From the NCBI RefSeq assembly GCF_009914755.1, contig NC_060928.1: 64,000 nucleotides of DNA, one strand, 5' to 3'. Position numbers and translations under genes: made by a program. Under the pieces are notes generated by a model, which did not search any database, was not told the DNA's origin, and was given only the letters and a program-made list of their open reading frames with translations. Numbering within the stretch: position 1 is the first letter of the stretch; the number at the start of each line of letters is the position of its first letter. Source of the DNA: the human T2T-CHM13v2.0 reference genome, Homo sapiens. Below, piece after piece: positions 15,189-27,905 of this stretch.

Positions 15189-15672
15189 CAGTGATTCTCA
15201 AGGGTGGTTGCCAGAGCAGCAACATAAGCATCACCAGAAAATTTATTAGAAGTGCAGGCCAGGCACGGTGGCTCACGCCTGTAATCCCAGCACTTTGGGA
15301 GGCCGAGGCGGGCAGATCATGAGAGGTCAGGAGATCGAGACCATCCTGGCTAACACGGTGAAATCCCGTCTCCACTAAAAATACAAAAATTTAGCCGGGT
15401 GCGGTGGCGGGCGCCTGTAGTCCCAGCTACTCAAGAGGCTGAGGAAGGAGAATGGCGTGAACCCGGCGGGCGGAGCTTGCAGTGAGCCGAGATCACGCCG
15501 CTGCACTCTAGCCTGGGCAACAGAGCGAGACTCCGTTTCAAAAAAAAAAAAAAGAAGTGAAATTCTTGGGTTATAACAAAGACTTACCGAATCAGAGATA
15601 CTGGGATAGGGCTGTGCTATGTTTTAACAAGCCCCCAGATGAATCTGATACATGCTAGTTAGAGGACCACTG
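15189..15672. mobile_element. MER5A hAT MITE interrupted by an AluY
   Basis: cagtgattctcaa...gaggaccactg terminal inverted repeats and MER5A internal motifs on both sides of the Alu. Confidence 0.7.
15257..15553 (+). mobile_element. AluY
   Basis: gagatcgagaccatcctggctaacacggtg and gaatggcgtgaacccgg diagnostics. TSD agaagtg. Confidence 0.93.
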
Positions 15673-15990
15673 TTTTAAGGCAAGCTTGTGAAGCACATTT
15701 TTACTTTGTATATCATAGATTACTGTTTTATTCCCTATAATGATCTATGATTACAGACAAACTGTTCATTGTTTGGCTCAGATATAATCTAGGAAGACTA
15801 CCTCTTTCAATTCATTTTTTAAGACAATATTGCTGTTGACAGAGTTATTTTAACAATTTTTCTATTGTATAGATATGGTAGATTTAAGTAAATATTAAAG
15901 AAAGCTTAATTTATAAATACTTAAATAGTATTTATTTACTTAAATATTGCCATATTTGTACCATTTAAGTAAATAAACACTAAAATACTA

Positions 15991-16353
<363 letters not shown>

Positions 16354-17312
16354 TTAATGCTATTTAAGTAAATACTATACTATCATCTTAATACTATTTA
16401 TACTACTATTATTTAATTAGTACTATTAATAATACCATATTAATACCATTTAAGTAAATAAATAATAAAGAAAGCTTACCTGAAAAATAAGAAAATTCAA
16501 AGTTTTGTACAAATGGCAACATGACATAATTACTAAGCATAATTAGAGTAATTTCTCCAAGTGAGAGAAATATTATAAGGCCATGTCTTGTTACTATTGC
16601 TAGCTATTGACTTGGAATATAATTATCAAGTCCTGCTCCACAGATTGTATAACAGTGTAAATAATAGTATATTTCTCTCTTAGGAGTAGCCAATATATAG
16701 AAATACTTTTATATTATGATCTTTTAAACACAGTCACAGTTACAAGTATTAAATACATGGCTAAATCTTTGACAAACTGAACCCAAACTGCCTTACTTTC
16801 TCTTGTACCAATCTGACTAAGCTACACCCTTTATCTCCTCATTTAGTCTTATAAAACCCTAACTGTACAGTTTATGACATTGCTCACTTTTTGAAAAATC
16901 ACACCCTTGCTCCCCAATAGTCACAAATATATATACGTACCTGTGATACACCATTCTCTTCCCTAGTAAATGCAAATTCTATAAGTTATGTCGCTAAGAA
17001 AGGGCACCATTTTTTTTTCCAATTTAGCAATTTAAACAATTTTTGACACTACTAAGTACATTGAAGCTTAAGCAAACTTGTGGAAAGATTAAATTCTGTC
17101 TTGAGTTTAATTAGCTTTCATAGGCCTCTGGAAGAACTTAATATGAGAACCCAAGTATTGATTTTGGTAATGTAATATGTTAAATAATAATATATTTCAT
17201 TTATATAGTGCCTTATTACCGTCAAAATGTCTTCAAGTACATGTTCTTTCATTCTCAGAGAAAATCTATGAAATAAGTAGGCAGGTGATTTTCCATTAAG
17301 AAAGCTGAGACA

Positions 17313-17680
17313 GGTCAGGAGAGGTGACTCACTCCTGTAATCCCAGCACTTTAGGGGGCCAAGGTGGAAGGATTGCATGAGCTCAAGTGTTCAAGACTAG
17401 CCTGAGCAACACAGTGAGACCTCATTTCTACTAAAAATTTAAAAAAAATTAAAAATTAGCCCGGCACAGTGGTGCATCTCTGTAGTCACAGCTACTTGGG
17501 AGGCTCAGACAGGAGGATCCCACGAGCCTGGTGTCAAGGTTGTAGTGAGCCATGATTGCACCACCACACTCCAGCCTGGGCAATATAGTAAGATGCTGAA
17601 AAAAAAAGAAAGAAAGAGAGAGAAAGAAGGAAAGAAAGAAAAGAAAAGGAAAGAAACAAAGAAAGAAAGAAAAGATAAAA
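17313..17680 (+). mobile_element. AluJ with GA-rich tail, inside a MIR
   Basis: Diverged dimer, TSD aagaaa(g/a)ctgagaca. Confidence 0.88.
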
Positions 17681-17976
17681 AGAAAACTGAGACAAACAGA
17701 AGCTAAAAGACAAAGTCACAGACAAATCAGTCATTGAGCTGAGATTGAAAGCCAGTTCTCTCAATCCCTGCAACAGGCCTCTTTTCACACCACACTATCT
17801 CCATTTTTTAGAACCTGCTTCTATTAAACTGCCGATTATCTATTCAATTTATTTCCAGCAGTAGTTGTAATAAATCTGTTTGGATCATTCTAATATTTAT
17901 TCATGACTTTAAAGTGTTGATCATAGGAAATTGTGTTTTCATTTAATTAATTTCTGAACCTCTATTGTCTTTCTAG

Positions 17977-18100
17977 GTACCACTGCTTTGTATTTGTTCC
18001 TGGTTATGCATCCTTCCATCCTTAGTAACTCCCCCAGCCCAAAAACCTTTGAGGAGGTACAGTTCTTTAATAGAAATAACTACCACAGGGGGATTGATTG
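17977..18100 (+). CDS. NDST3: NDST3 exon (124 nt): (G)[40 protein letters not shown](W)
   Basis: ctttctag acceptor and TG|gtaag donor, phase 1/2. Completes GPQKTGTT and contains the conserved FEEVQFF. Confidence 0.96.
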
Positions 18101-19094
18101 GTAAGATGGGTTATTAGTATAAATCTAAAAGTATATGTACTGTGCACAGTATAAACTTAGCACTAATATTTAGAAACATCTAAGTTTGTAGTCACAAATA
18201 AAATTTAACCTCTGTGCCTTGGAAATTGATTGAATATCATAAAGGGGCTCAGAAATTTTTCAGAACAAACTCTTCTCAGTTTATAAAGAGACTTGTTATA
18301 CCAAGAGGATCACATGTAATTTCAATTGGCATTAATTTTCTTTGATGGTAATTATAGATATTAAGTCAGAAGAATAGCATAATATTCAGAAATTTAATTC
18401 CTTTCTACTCGTAAGGAAAAAAAATTTTCATATATTTTTCTTCTTGTGCACTTTTTATGAAGTGATGCTACAGCCAACATATGTAATTTTCTATTTTCTT
18501 TGTCACATAAAAGGAAAAATAAATAAATAAAACTAGAAATGTTTGTATATTACATGAGTAATCAAAGCTATAAAAAAAACTATCAACAATACACAGAATT
18601 TAATTCTTGCCTTTGAATCAAAATTAGAAATATATCAACCATCTGAACAAACACTTAAAAACTAAAAATGTCAGAATACACAAAATACAGTAATGTAGTA
18701 GAGATAGATGGTACAAACTAACATGTTAACCATAAAATGTCTCTGAAGGTCTTGCTATGAAGGTATAATGCTGAACAGAGGGTGGTATAAAGGAGTGAAT
18801 TATAATAATTCTGCAGCATAAATATATTTTGCATGTATTTTAGCATAGTCATATATATCTCTTGTCAAACTGCATGATCTCAATTTTATAATTATCAGCC
18901 CCCTGAGGAGCTGCTTATGAGAAGTCCGAATGGAAAGGAAAAGAAATGGATTGAGTATAATTTGAGCACCTACTAGGATTTACATATATTCTAATTGTTA
19001 TATATTTCACTGCCAATTTTTCAGTTCAGGGTTTGATATTGATTAATTGTGTGGTGTTACATAACAGCTGGAAAATCAAGAAACCATCGACAGT

Positions 19095-19392
19095 GGCCAG
19101 GCACAGTGGCTCACATGTGTAATCCCAGCATTTTGGGAGGCTAAAGTGGGTGGATCACATGAAGTCAGGAGTTTGAGACTAGCCTGGGCAACATAGCAAG
19201 ACCCCATCTCTAACAAAAATACAAGAATTAGCCAGGCATGGTGGTGTACACCTGTGGTCTCAGCTAATTTGGGAGGCTGAGATGGGAGGATAACCTGAGC
19301 CCATGGAGGTTGAGGCTGCAATGAGCTGTGATTGCACCACTGCACTCCAGCCTGAGTGACAGAGTGAGACCCTCTCTCAAAAAAAGAAAAGA
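19095..19392 (+). mobile_element. AluJ
   Basis: Dimer with J-type gaggctgcaatgagctgtgatt. TSD aagaaaccatcgac. Confidence 0.9.
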
Positions 19393-19678
19393 AAGAAACC
19401 ATCGACTACTTCAGCTGTATTTGATCACTGACTCAAATATACATGCCAGTATATAATTATAGAATAAAATGATATTAACATCAGGACTAAAAGGACTGAA
19501 TAAAAACTGCTTTGGAGGTGGACAGGAATGTATTAGTATTACATTCCTGTCAATAATTGGATTCCCTAGGATGTTTTTTCAAAGAACATATTTTTGAAAA
19601 ATTTATGGTAAAAAATTATTGCAACAGTTATTCTTAATTTTTTACCATAAATTTTACAAAAATATATTTTGGTCATCA

Positions 19679-20046
<368 letters not shown>

Positions 20047-22026
20047 ACTGACTCAGGGTTGACCCAAATAACAAATAAATGTGGAGTATTGCAAAAAAAA
20101 TCCCATTTTTCAGGTAAAAGAAAATGCTGAAGTTTTATGTTTTATAGAAGTAGAAAAACTTAAGGGAGGCAGGCATTTGCTTTTAACCCTGAATTGTTAA
20201 AACACTCCAGTTTGTTCACTAATTCTTTGAATAACCTGAATTTACATTCTATAAATGTGAGCCTATTTGTGGAGCTTCAAGGTCTCATACTAAAAATATG
20301 AACCTTTTATTTACTTCTCTATTAATCGAACATCTTTCAAATGCCTGTAAGTGCCAGCAACTACACTAGAAAAATGCGGACATATAGGCAAACAAGAGCT
20401 GTGCCCTGCCCTCTCCATGAGCCCCTGGGGCCTGGCAAAATCAACACATTATAGGTCCAAGATCCAGACTTGCTTGAGGAGGTTTTCAAAGCCTAAACTG
20501 TTCCAGATACAAAAGACTTCTAGGAAGGTATGGCAGGTTTAAGAAGCTAAAATTTCTGCTCTTTTGTGTGATTTTTGAAGCCTTTTTCAGAACAAGCAAG
20601 TTTGAGTCAAGCTTGGACCAAATAAGATACCACTAGACACTTGAAATAATCTTAGCACTCCTGGAACCAGTGTGAGCTTCTACATAAGAAGCATCCTGAA
20701 AGTTGGCACTCTCCGTAAATAGAATGTACACCAGAACAAATAGCACATCAAACCTTCCAGAAATTTTTGTATATCTCTTTCTCCCTAAAAGGGTGCCAGA
20801 ATTACATATCACCAACAAGCCAATTCCAGACAACATAAAAGGATTTCTTTACTGCTCTGAATCTCAAGATATCACTGTGTTGCACCAGCTAAGCTTTGCA
20901 ATATGTTAACAACTGGAATCCTACCAGAAGCTTTATCATGTTTGAGGATATGATCTCAGTCAAAAATCTATGAACATCTCATGTGATCTTTTGGTCAAAA
21001 GAAAACAAGACACTGTAAAAAAAAACAGGTCATTGCATGAATATTAATGACTTTTTTATTCAGTAATTATTGAACTACCTTGTCTTGGTAGCCCAGTGTG
21101 ATAATGGCTTATGAATTGAAGGGGGTGGCAATGGAGGCTGAGAATCCCTAGAAGCTATATTTTTACAGTCACTCTAAAAAATCCCTTTTCCTCTAAAGGA
21201 TGTTCCTTAGTGCTTCAGATATATTTCTTATCATATGCTGAATTAGTTACATTTGACAACTTTTATTCAGGTGGAACATTAAATAAAATTCTACATTTCA
21301 GTGCTTGAACCTATAGATATCCCTGTGTTCATTCTGCTGGTAATTTGAATTCTCTCTACCCATGAGGATATAGAACATGACCTTGGGAAATTTGTTAGAG
21401 TTTTATATTTGGAATGTACATAGTTTTTAAACTTCTCTTACAATTATTCTAAAGAGGAACATAAGTGGCTCTATATGAGAAAAATTAAGCAAATAAGCAA
21501 TATTTATACCAGATATACTCTGCATCTTTCACACTATGTGATTAAACGTAACACCGGCACAATACATTTGTAGAAAAGAAATTATTTCACTTGCAATAAA
21601 GTAAAAAATATTTTCTCTAAATCCTTTTAAAATGTCTGAACTGAACATATCGTCTGTTTTAATACGATTTTCTTTTTGAGTACTTGAATTTTTCTCTGTA
21701 CAGTGTTTCTACATTGAGACACATTTGATATAGTTAGGTCGATCACTGTTGCAGTTTGATCACTCTGTGTCTACATTTTTGTTATTGCTTATATTTTTTC
21801 CTGATATTAAGCAAAACATAAAGAAAATGTACTTAGAAAAACATCTTCCAAACACATTATTAGTGTTCTAGATATTTTTCTCTTCCTAACTATGGAGGAC
21901 AAATGCTGTAAAGAAAAAGCCTTTTATTTAGGAAACACATGAATTTGTGGGACACTTTTAACATCTTTGGTCACCAGAATGAGTATAAACCAGAATCTTA
22001 TTTTGAGAAAAATATTCCTTTTCTAG

Positions 22027-22201
22027 GTATATGGATTTCTTCCCAGTCCCATCTAATGTCACTACCGACTTTTTGTTTGAGAAGAGTGCCAATTACTTCC
22101 ACTCAGAGGAAGCCCCTAAAAGAGCTGCTTCTCTGGTTCCCAAAGCCAAGATTATCACCATTCTCATTGACCCTTCAGACCGAGCATACTCCTGGTACCA
22201 G
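22027..22201 (+). CDS. NDST3: NDST3 exon (175 nt): (W)[24 protein letters not shown]...[12 protein letters not shown]
   Basis: ttttctag acceptor and CAG|gtaagg donor. Contains FEKSANYF and the 3'-phosphate-binding motif DRAYSWYQ. Overlaps the ORF-track entry 22031..22318. Confidence 0.96.
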
Positions 22202-22559
22202 GTAAGGAAAATGCAAATAAAATCCAACAGGGAGAAGTGGAGTATGGACAATGGAGCATTGTTTTTAGCAATACCCACTAGCTCAGGTTTTCACAAAAGA
22301 GATTTGCTAGTTGTTTGATATCTACAGAAAAATGGACAAGTTTTTCTTGATTTCTATTGAGAAATTTCCTCCACTAAGTTTTTGTTCTTATTTTATTAAC
22401 TTAATCAATTAATTTAATAAAATGTATTAATGCAATAAAAGAAACTAAATTAAAATATAACAAAATATTATGTACTTTTTTATATCTATGCCTCTATATA
22501 TCTGCATTTTAAGGTAATAATTTAAAATCATTATTTTTTCATCTAATACTTGTGTACTC

Positions 22560-22730
22560 TATAAAGAGTCAGATTGCAACAAGTTCAGACATTGAGGTTT
22601 ATACAGTCTCCATTGCAACTCTACCATTGTATTTCGAAAGCAGCCATAGACAATATGTAAATGCATAAGCATTCCTGTGTTCCAATAAAACTTTACTGAA
22701 TAGGCAGTAGGCCATAGATTGCTGACCCTG
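22560..22730. mobile_element. MER58A-like hAT MITE
   Basis: aaagcagccatagacaatatgtaaatg...tgtgttccaataaaacttta...gctgaccctg. Confidence 0.75.
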
Positions 22731-22807
22731 GCTCTAAAACAGCTTAAATAGCTACTTGTACTAAAGAAACAGCTTAGTGGCAAAACTAATATATATAAGA
22801 ATCTTTA

Positions 22808-23100
<293 letters not shown>

Positions 23101-23102
23101 GA

Positions 23103-23137
23103 AGAGAGAGAGAGAGAGAGAGAGAGAAAAGAAAGAA

Positions 23138-23205
<68 letters not shown>

Positions 23206-23231
23206 AAAAGAAAGAAGAAAAAAAGAAAGAA
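23103..23231 (+). repeat. Compound microsatellite (GA)n + (GAAA)17
   Basis: Perfect GAAA units at 23140-23207, derived from the Alu tail. Confidence 0.95.
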
Positions 23232-25504
23232 AATTCTACATCCCTGAGAGCCTAACATGTCTAAATGTTTCTTGTATACTCATTGCCATTGTTTTCTGAT
23301 GTTGGTTAGAACCTTGCACAAAAACGATCACTTTGAAATAATTTAACAAACTCTAGTAATAATATATATGTCAAATACACTTTTAATAAATCATTGCAAA
23401 TAGGAAACAATCTTTTAAAACTTGTTTCGGTGATAATTTAACCACCAGTTGGAAGGGTTTAATATGAAGCAGTCAAAATTAACATAAGAACATAGTAAAA
23501 TTAATAGAGTCAATGTCTTTAGTCTCTAGGACCCTTAGTTCTCATTTCTCAGTTTTGTAACTTAAAAAATGCTTTCCTACTGTTCATGTGTTTATCCGTT
23601 CATCAAGTAATTTTAATGACTACCATGTGCAAAGTTTTGTTCTAAGTGTGATTTGAAAAATAAATTTGAAGCTATACTTGAAATTGCTTTCAGCCTAATT
23701 GGAGAAATATGTATAAACAAGCATATAAATTAGAAAGTAATAAGCGACTGACATACAGACTCCTTCGGAATGACAAAGCCCACCTGACAAAGACCACCTG
23801 GGAAAGGCTGTCGCAGAGAAGCCCAAATACCAGAACCATGGGGCACTTTCTTAAATAAGGGAAAGATACGTAAGGGGATACATTTAGGCAAAATTAAAAT
23901 GAAGAAGTGTTTTCATAGGTGCAAAGCAGAGCTGTGTAAAGGAGTTATCATCAGGTCAGTGCTGAAAAGCAGACTGAGGGTCCTATTTTCTTGGAAACAA
24001 AAATGTTAAGACAAACGTGGAATGTTCTATGTACAAAAACCTCTAATCTGAAGTCTGCAAATAGGCTGGATATATGACTGCTTCCCTGTGTTAAAGTGAC
24101 CCACATAGCTTAGATCCTCCCTACAAGAGTGGGATGTTCCATTCTTATTGATTTGATTTAAAACAGCTAAGTTCTTGACAATCATAATATTAGAGAATAA
24201 AGTTGCTCATTACTGAGTCCTTTTGCTACTTAACAAAAGCAGTTTTTGAAGTTCACAAGAGGAAGAACAGATTGTTGGAAAAGGTTTTGTGGCAGGAACA
24301 TAGTAGGGAAAGGTCATAAAAGCAGATGAAATCTTAGGGATTTTGATAATAATCTGAAAAATAGCGAGTGGAGACATCCTGGAAAGCTAAGATCCATAAA
24401 AATCCACCATTCTATACTAATCATTCACGCCAAACCTGAAGCCATCTTTTAAATCAAAACATACAGCAAATTGCAAATTGCCTGATTTGATTTTGCAACT
24501 TCTACCTTTTCCACCAAGTATCTGGAGAAAAGAGAAATAAGCCTTAATTGACTCCAAGAAAAAGAAGAAAATTGGAGCTTGGCAACCACTTAGTCCCTGA
24601 AAAATAGAGAATTTACAGAAAAAGAAGGCTTTAAGGCTGCAAGCTAACAAAATGTCCTAAATATTACAAATAAATCACAGTGGCAAAATGCAGGCCTTAA
24701 CAAAGTCTAGTAGAGTTTGTAGTCCAGTGATTTGAATCTCAATTGCAGAAAATTTGCTATTCAACTAGATGAGGTAAACATCCACAAACTCACCACTAAG
24801 CCTGAATATTTATTGGCCAATTTAAAGAAAAGGTGATTTCCTCAAACCCATGGGCCTAAGCCTGAGCAATCCTGTTGGATTGCTGCTTTCTGCATTTTCT
24901 GCACAATAAATGATTCTGATTCACCGCAAAGGTTACCATTAGATAAAATAATCTTGGCTTTTAGATATCAGGGAATGTATGATAAAAGCTGTGGATTTCA
25001 GATAATGTACATGTCAGACTTTCTAGTACTTTCTTCATTTAAAAGAGCTGATAGGCCTTTTCTAATCTAAAACTGCATTACTAGATGGAGCAAAACTATT
25101 TGGCAGAGGTAGTAGGGTGCTTCTCTATTATAGATATTCACTGGACACTATAAATGGTTTGCTTATGAGCTGGAAAGAGGGCATTAACACAGCTTTCAAA
25201 AGTTTACTTTCACAATAAAATACATACACTAAGGAAACAACTCAGTAATGCTGGTGAAGGAATCCTATCGATAGGAATTCAACTTCTACCAGATAAATTC
25301 TCAAAAATTTACTCCCATAAGTATCATAACTTTAAATCCTGATGCTCCAAGCAAACATTTTCTTCCTTTACTAATTTCAAAATAGATAACTCTCCAGCAG
25401 TGAGGCACTTCTTTCTTTAGCTTTGAGACTTGTCACAAAGATTGATTTTTAATTATTTATGCCTACGGTTCAGATTAGTTTAATTATCCACCTTTTCATC
25501 ATAG

Positions 25505-25675
25505 CATCAGCGATCACATGAAGACCCTGCAGCTCTGAAGTTTAGCTTCTACGAAGTGATCTCAGCAGGGCCCCGTGCACCCTCGGAGCTCAGAGCCTTG
25601 CAGAAGAGATGTTTGGTCCCGGGGTGGTATGCCAGCCACATCGAGAGATGGCTTGTTTATTTCCCCCCATTTCAG
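25505..25675 (+). CDS. NDST3: NDST3 exon (171 nt): [22 protein letters not shown]...[23 protein letters not shown]
   Basis: ttttcatcatag acceptor and CAG|gtatgg donor, phase 0/0. Contains the NDST motif RCLVPGWY. Confidence 0.96.
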
Positions 25676-26181
25676 GTATGGAGTAATAAGGATTTACATC
25701 ATGTTAGAATCTCATTAAGTTGATGACTTTGCCTTAAGGTTAAGAAAATTTTCAATTGTTAAACTATTACTAGTTTTTCCTCTTTAGTTGTAAATAATGA
25801 GGCTATGGCAAAGAGAAATAGGCAGAAGTAGAAAAACTTTAATTTTCTAAGAGTATTTCAGAATAATTCTCCCTGCTCTATTTGCTGTGCGTACCTTTCC
25901 TGATTGTAAAAAGCTTTGAAAGCTTTAGATACGATTCTTATCCTGAGAATAAAGTTTGAAAGAGAACCTCTTAACCAAACAAGACAAATAATGTTTTGCT
26001 TAATTAAGTGCCATTATTTCCTTTTTGAACCACCTTGCTGAATTTTTGATAAGTCCTATGTTTTTCTCAGCCCCTTGAATTTCTTCTGCCTGGCATCAAC
26101 CTAGATTGCAAAATCAGCCCCTCATGGGATCATGTAAGCAATCCAGACACATCAGACATGGTATATACCTGTGAGTCTAGA

Positions 26182-26360
26182 GCCATGCTTTCCAGTATGA
26201 CAGCCACTACCACATATGGCTATTTTAATTTATATTAAAATCAAATAAAATGAAAAGTTCAGTTCCTTTAGCCACATTTTAAGTGTTCAATAGCTAAATG
26301 TTAGACCCAGCAGCTATAGAACATGTTCATCATCACAGAAAGTTCTATTGAACAGTGCTG
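26182..26360. mobile_element. MER3/MER33-like hAT MITE
   Basis: agccactaccacatatggctatt...catcatcacagaaagttctattgaacagtgctg. Confidence 0.75.
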
Positions 26361-27020
26361 GTCTAGGCTAAACAGAAATATCAGAGAAGAGGTATGGATA
26401 GACAAGACCTGCTTTGCAGGCTTTGTGGCCTTTAATCCTGGTCTCCTCTCATCTTGCTGGGTCCACCCTCCTTGGCATAACAAGCAACTTCTTCTTAGTT
26501 TCTTGAGGAACTTTGTCCATGTTCAAGTTTCCTGAGAATCTAACCTTATTCTCCATATGGATTATCGAAATATTTCTTCAAACCTGACAGTGCTATTCCT
26601 GAAAGGAATCGTGAGGAATGACATGTTCTCTGTCAGATTACATCTGAGTTTATTATAACCTTTCTTCTTTTCTATTGTACTTTCCAGCTTGAATGACAGG
26701 ATCACTGCTTTGTCTGTTTTGAAAGTTGGTTTCCATTTGTGATTTTCTAGTCACTTTTCTAAGCTCTCTTGGTCTTTCAACTGCCTTTTTTGTTTTCATA
26801 GTGTGACTTCTCAGACTGCAAACCTGAGTGTACTTAATTGGTGTGATTTATTTCTTATTCCAGGTCATTAATGAGGATGACCTGGATTCTATCTAACACC
26901 AATGCATGCAATTCTGCTCAGGACAGTGTCTCTCACTGAATGAGTTTAGAATGCAGAAATTTTTCATTATACAGTTTACATGTCTTTTTTCAATGTGCAT
27001 TTTTTTATTTGATAATTTAG

Positions 27021-27130
27021 TTGCTAATTATTGATGGGCAACAACTAAGAACTGATCCTGCTACAGTGATGGATGAAGTACAGAAGTTTCTAGGAGTCTT
27101 GCCTCATTATAATTACTCAGAAGCTTTAAC
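27021..27130 (+). CDS. NDST3: NDST3 exon (110 nt): [36 protein letters not shown](T)
   Basis: tttag acceptor and AC|gtaagt donor, phase 0/2. Contains the conserved VQKFLG. Confidence 0.95.
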
Positions 27131-27787
27131 GTAAGTTTATATTCTAATTAGTTTATTGACATTTCAGCAGAGAATTGATTTCAAAGAAATTGCAGTTTGG
27201 TCATACAACTGTCAGGTTACTTGTTCCTTATATACTGGTTATTTTTCAATTTGACATTAACCACGGAAAAAAAAAACATTTCAACAGTGTGACACAGAAA
27301 TGTCCTAAATCCTGTGTTAATTCCTAATTGTACAAAGATTTCCCTGAAAGGAAAGTAGAGAAATAAAACAGTGGTAAATCTTAAAACAAACCACAAACCT
27401 TAAAAGAAGTTATCTGAAATAAATTCGTAAAGCCTGAGCCTATTTAACAGGCAATATGGGGCTTCTTGGAAGTATGAACAGGTGAGTAACTAGGTAGTTT
27501 AGGAACTGACTCTTCTCTCATTTGTGTAATTTTCAGAAACAATGTCATACAGCAAGAAATAGTCCATAGGTGATTGAATAAGCAGAGAGAGATGTACTAT
27601 TATCGCTCCTAAACAAACGTCCTTTTTTATTTTTTCATCTTTGTCTTTATCCACTATTTGACCCTGTCATCTCTGCTTCAGAGTCCTCAGCAGTTAAAGC
27701 ACTGGTTTGATTTTTCTGTTTGTTTGTATGGTTTTTTGCTGGTTTCCTCCGATTTTCTTAGGTAACTGACTCTGTAAGGTCCATGAC

Positions 27788-27905
27788 CAGGGACCAGTAA
27801 GGAACTAGGGCTGAAGAAGGCAGTCACTCTCGGAGGTGTGCCCATGCCTGAGACTGAGTGCTGTGTCCTAGGTGCCTCTCTTACCTCACCCTAGTGCTGA
27901 CTCTG
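27788..27905. mobile_element. MER91-like hAT MITE
   Basis: actagggctga...cctaggtgcctctcttacctcaccctagtgctgactctg inverted termini. Confidence 0.55.

Noticed and set aside
23740-24330. Non-Alu sequence that might be an unannotated exon
   Set aside because: No ORF or convincing splice pair. It resembles an old LTR whose family I cannot assign.
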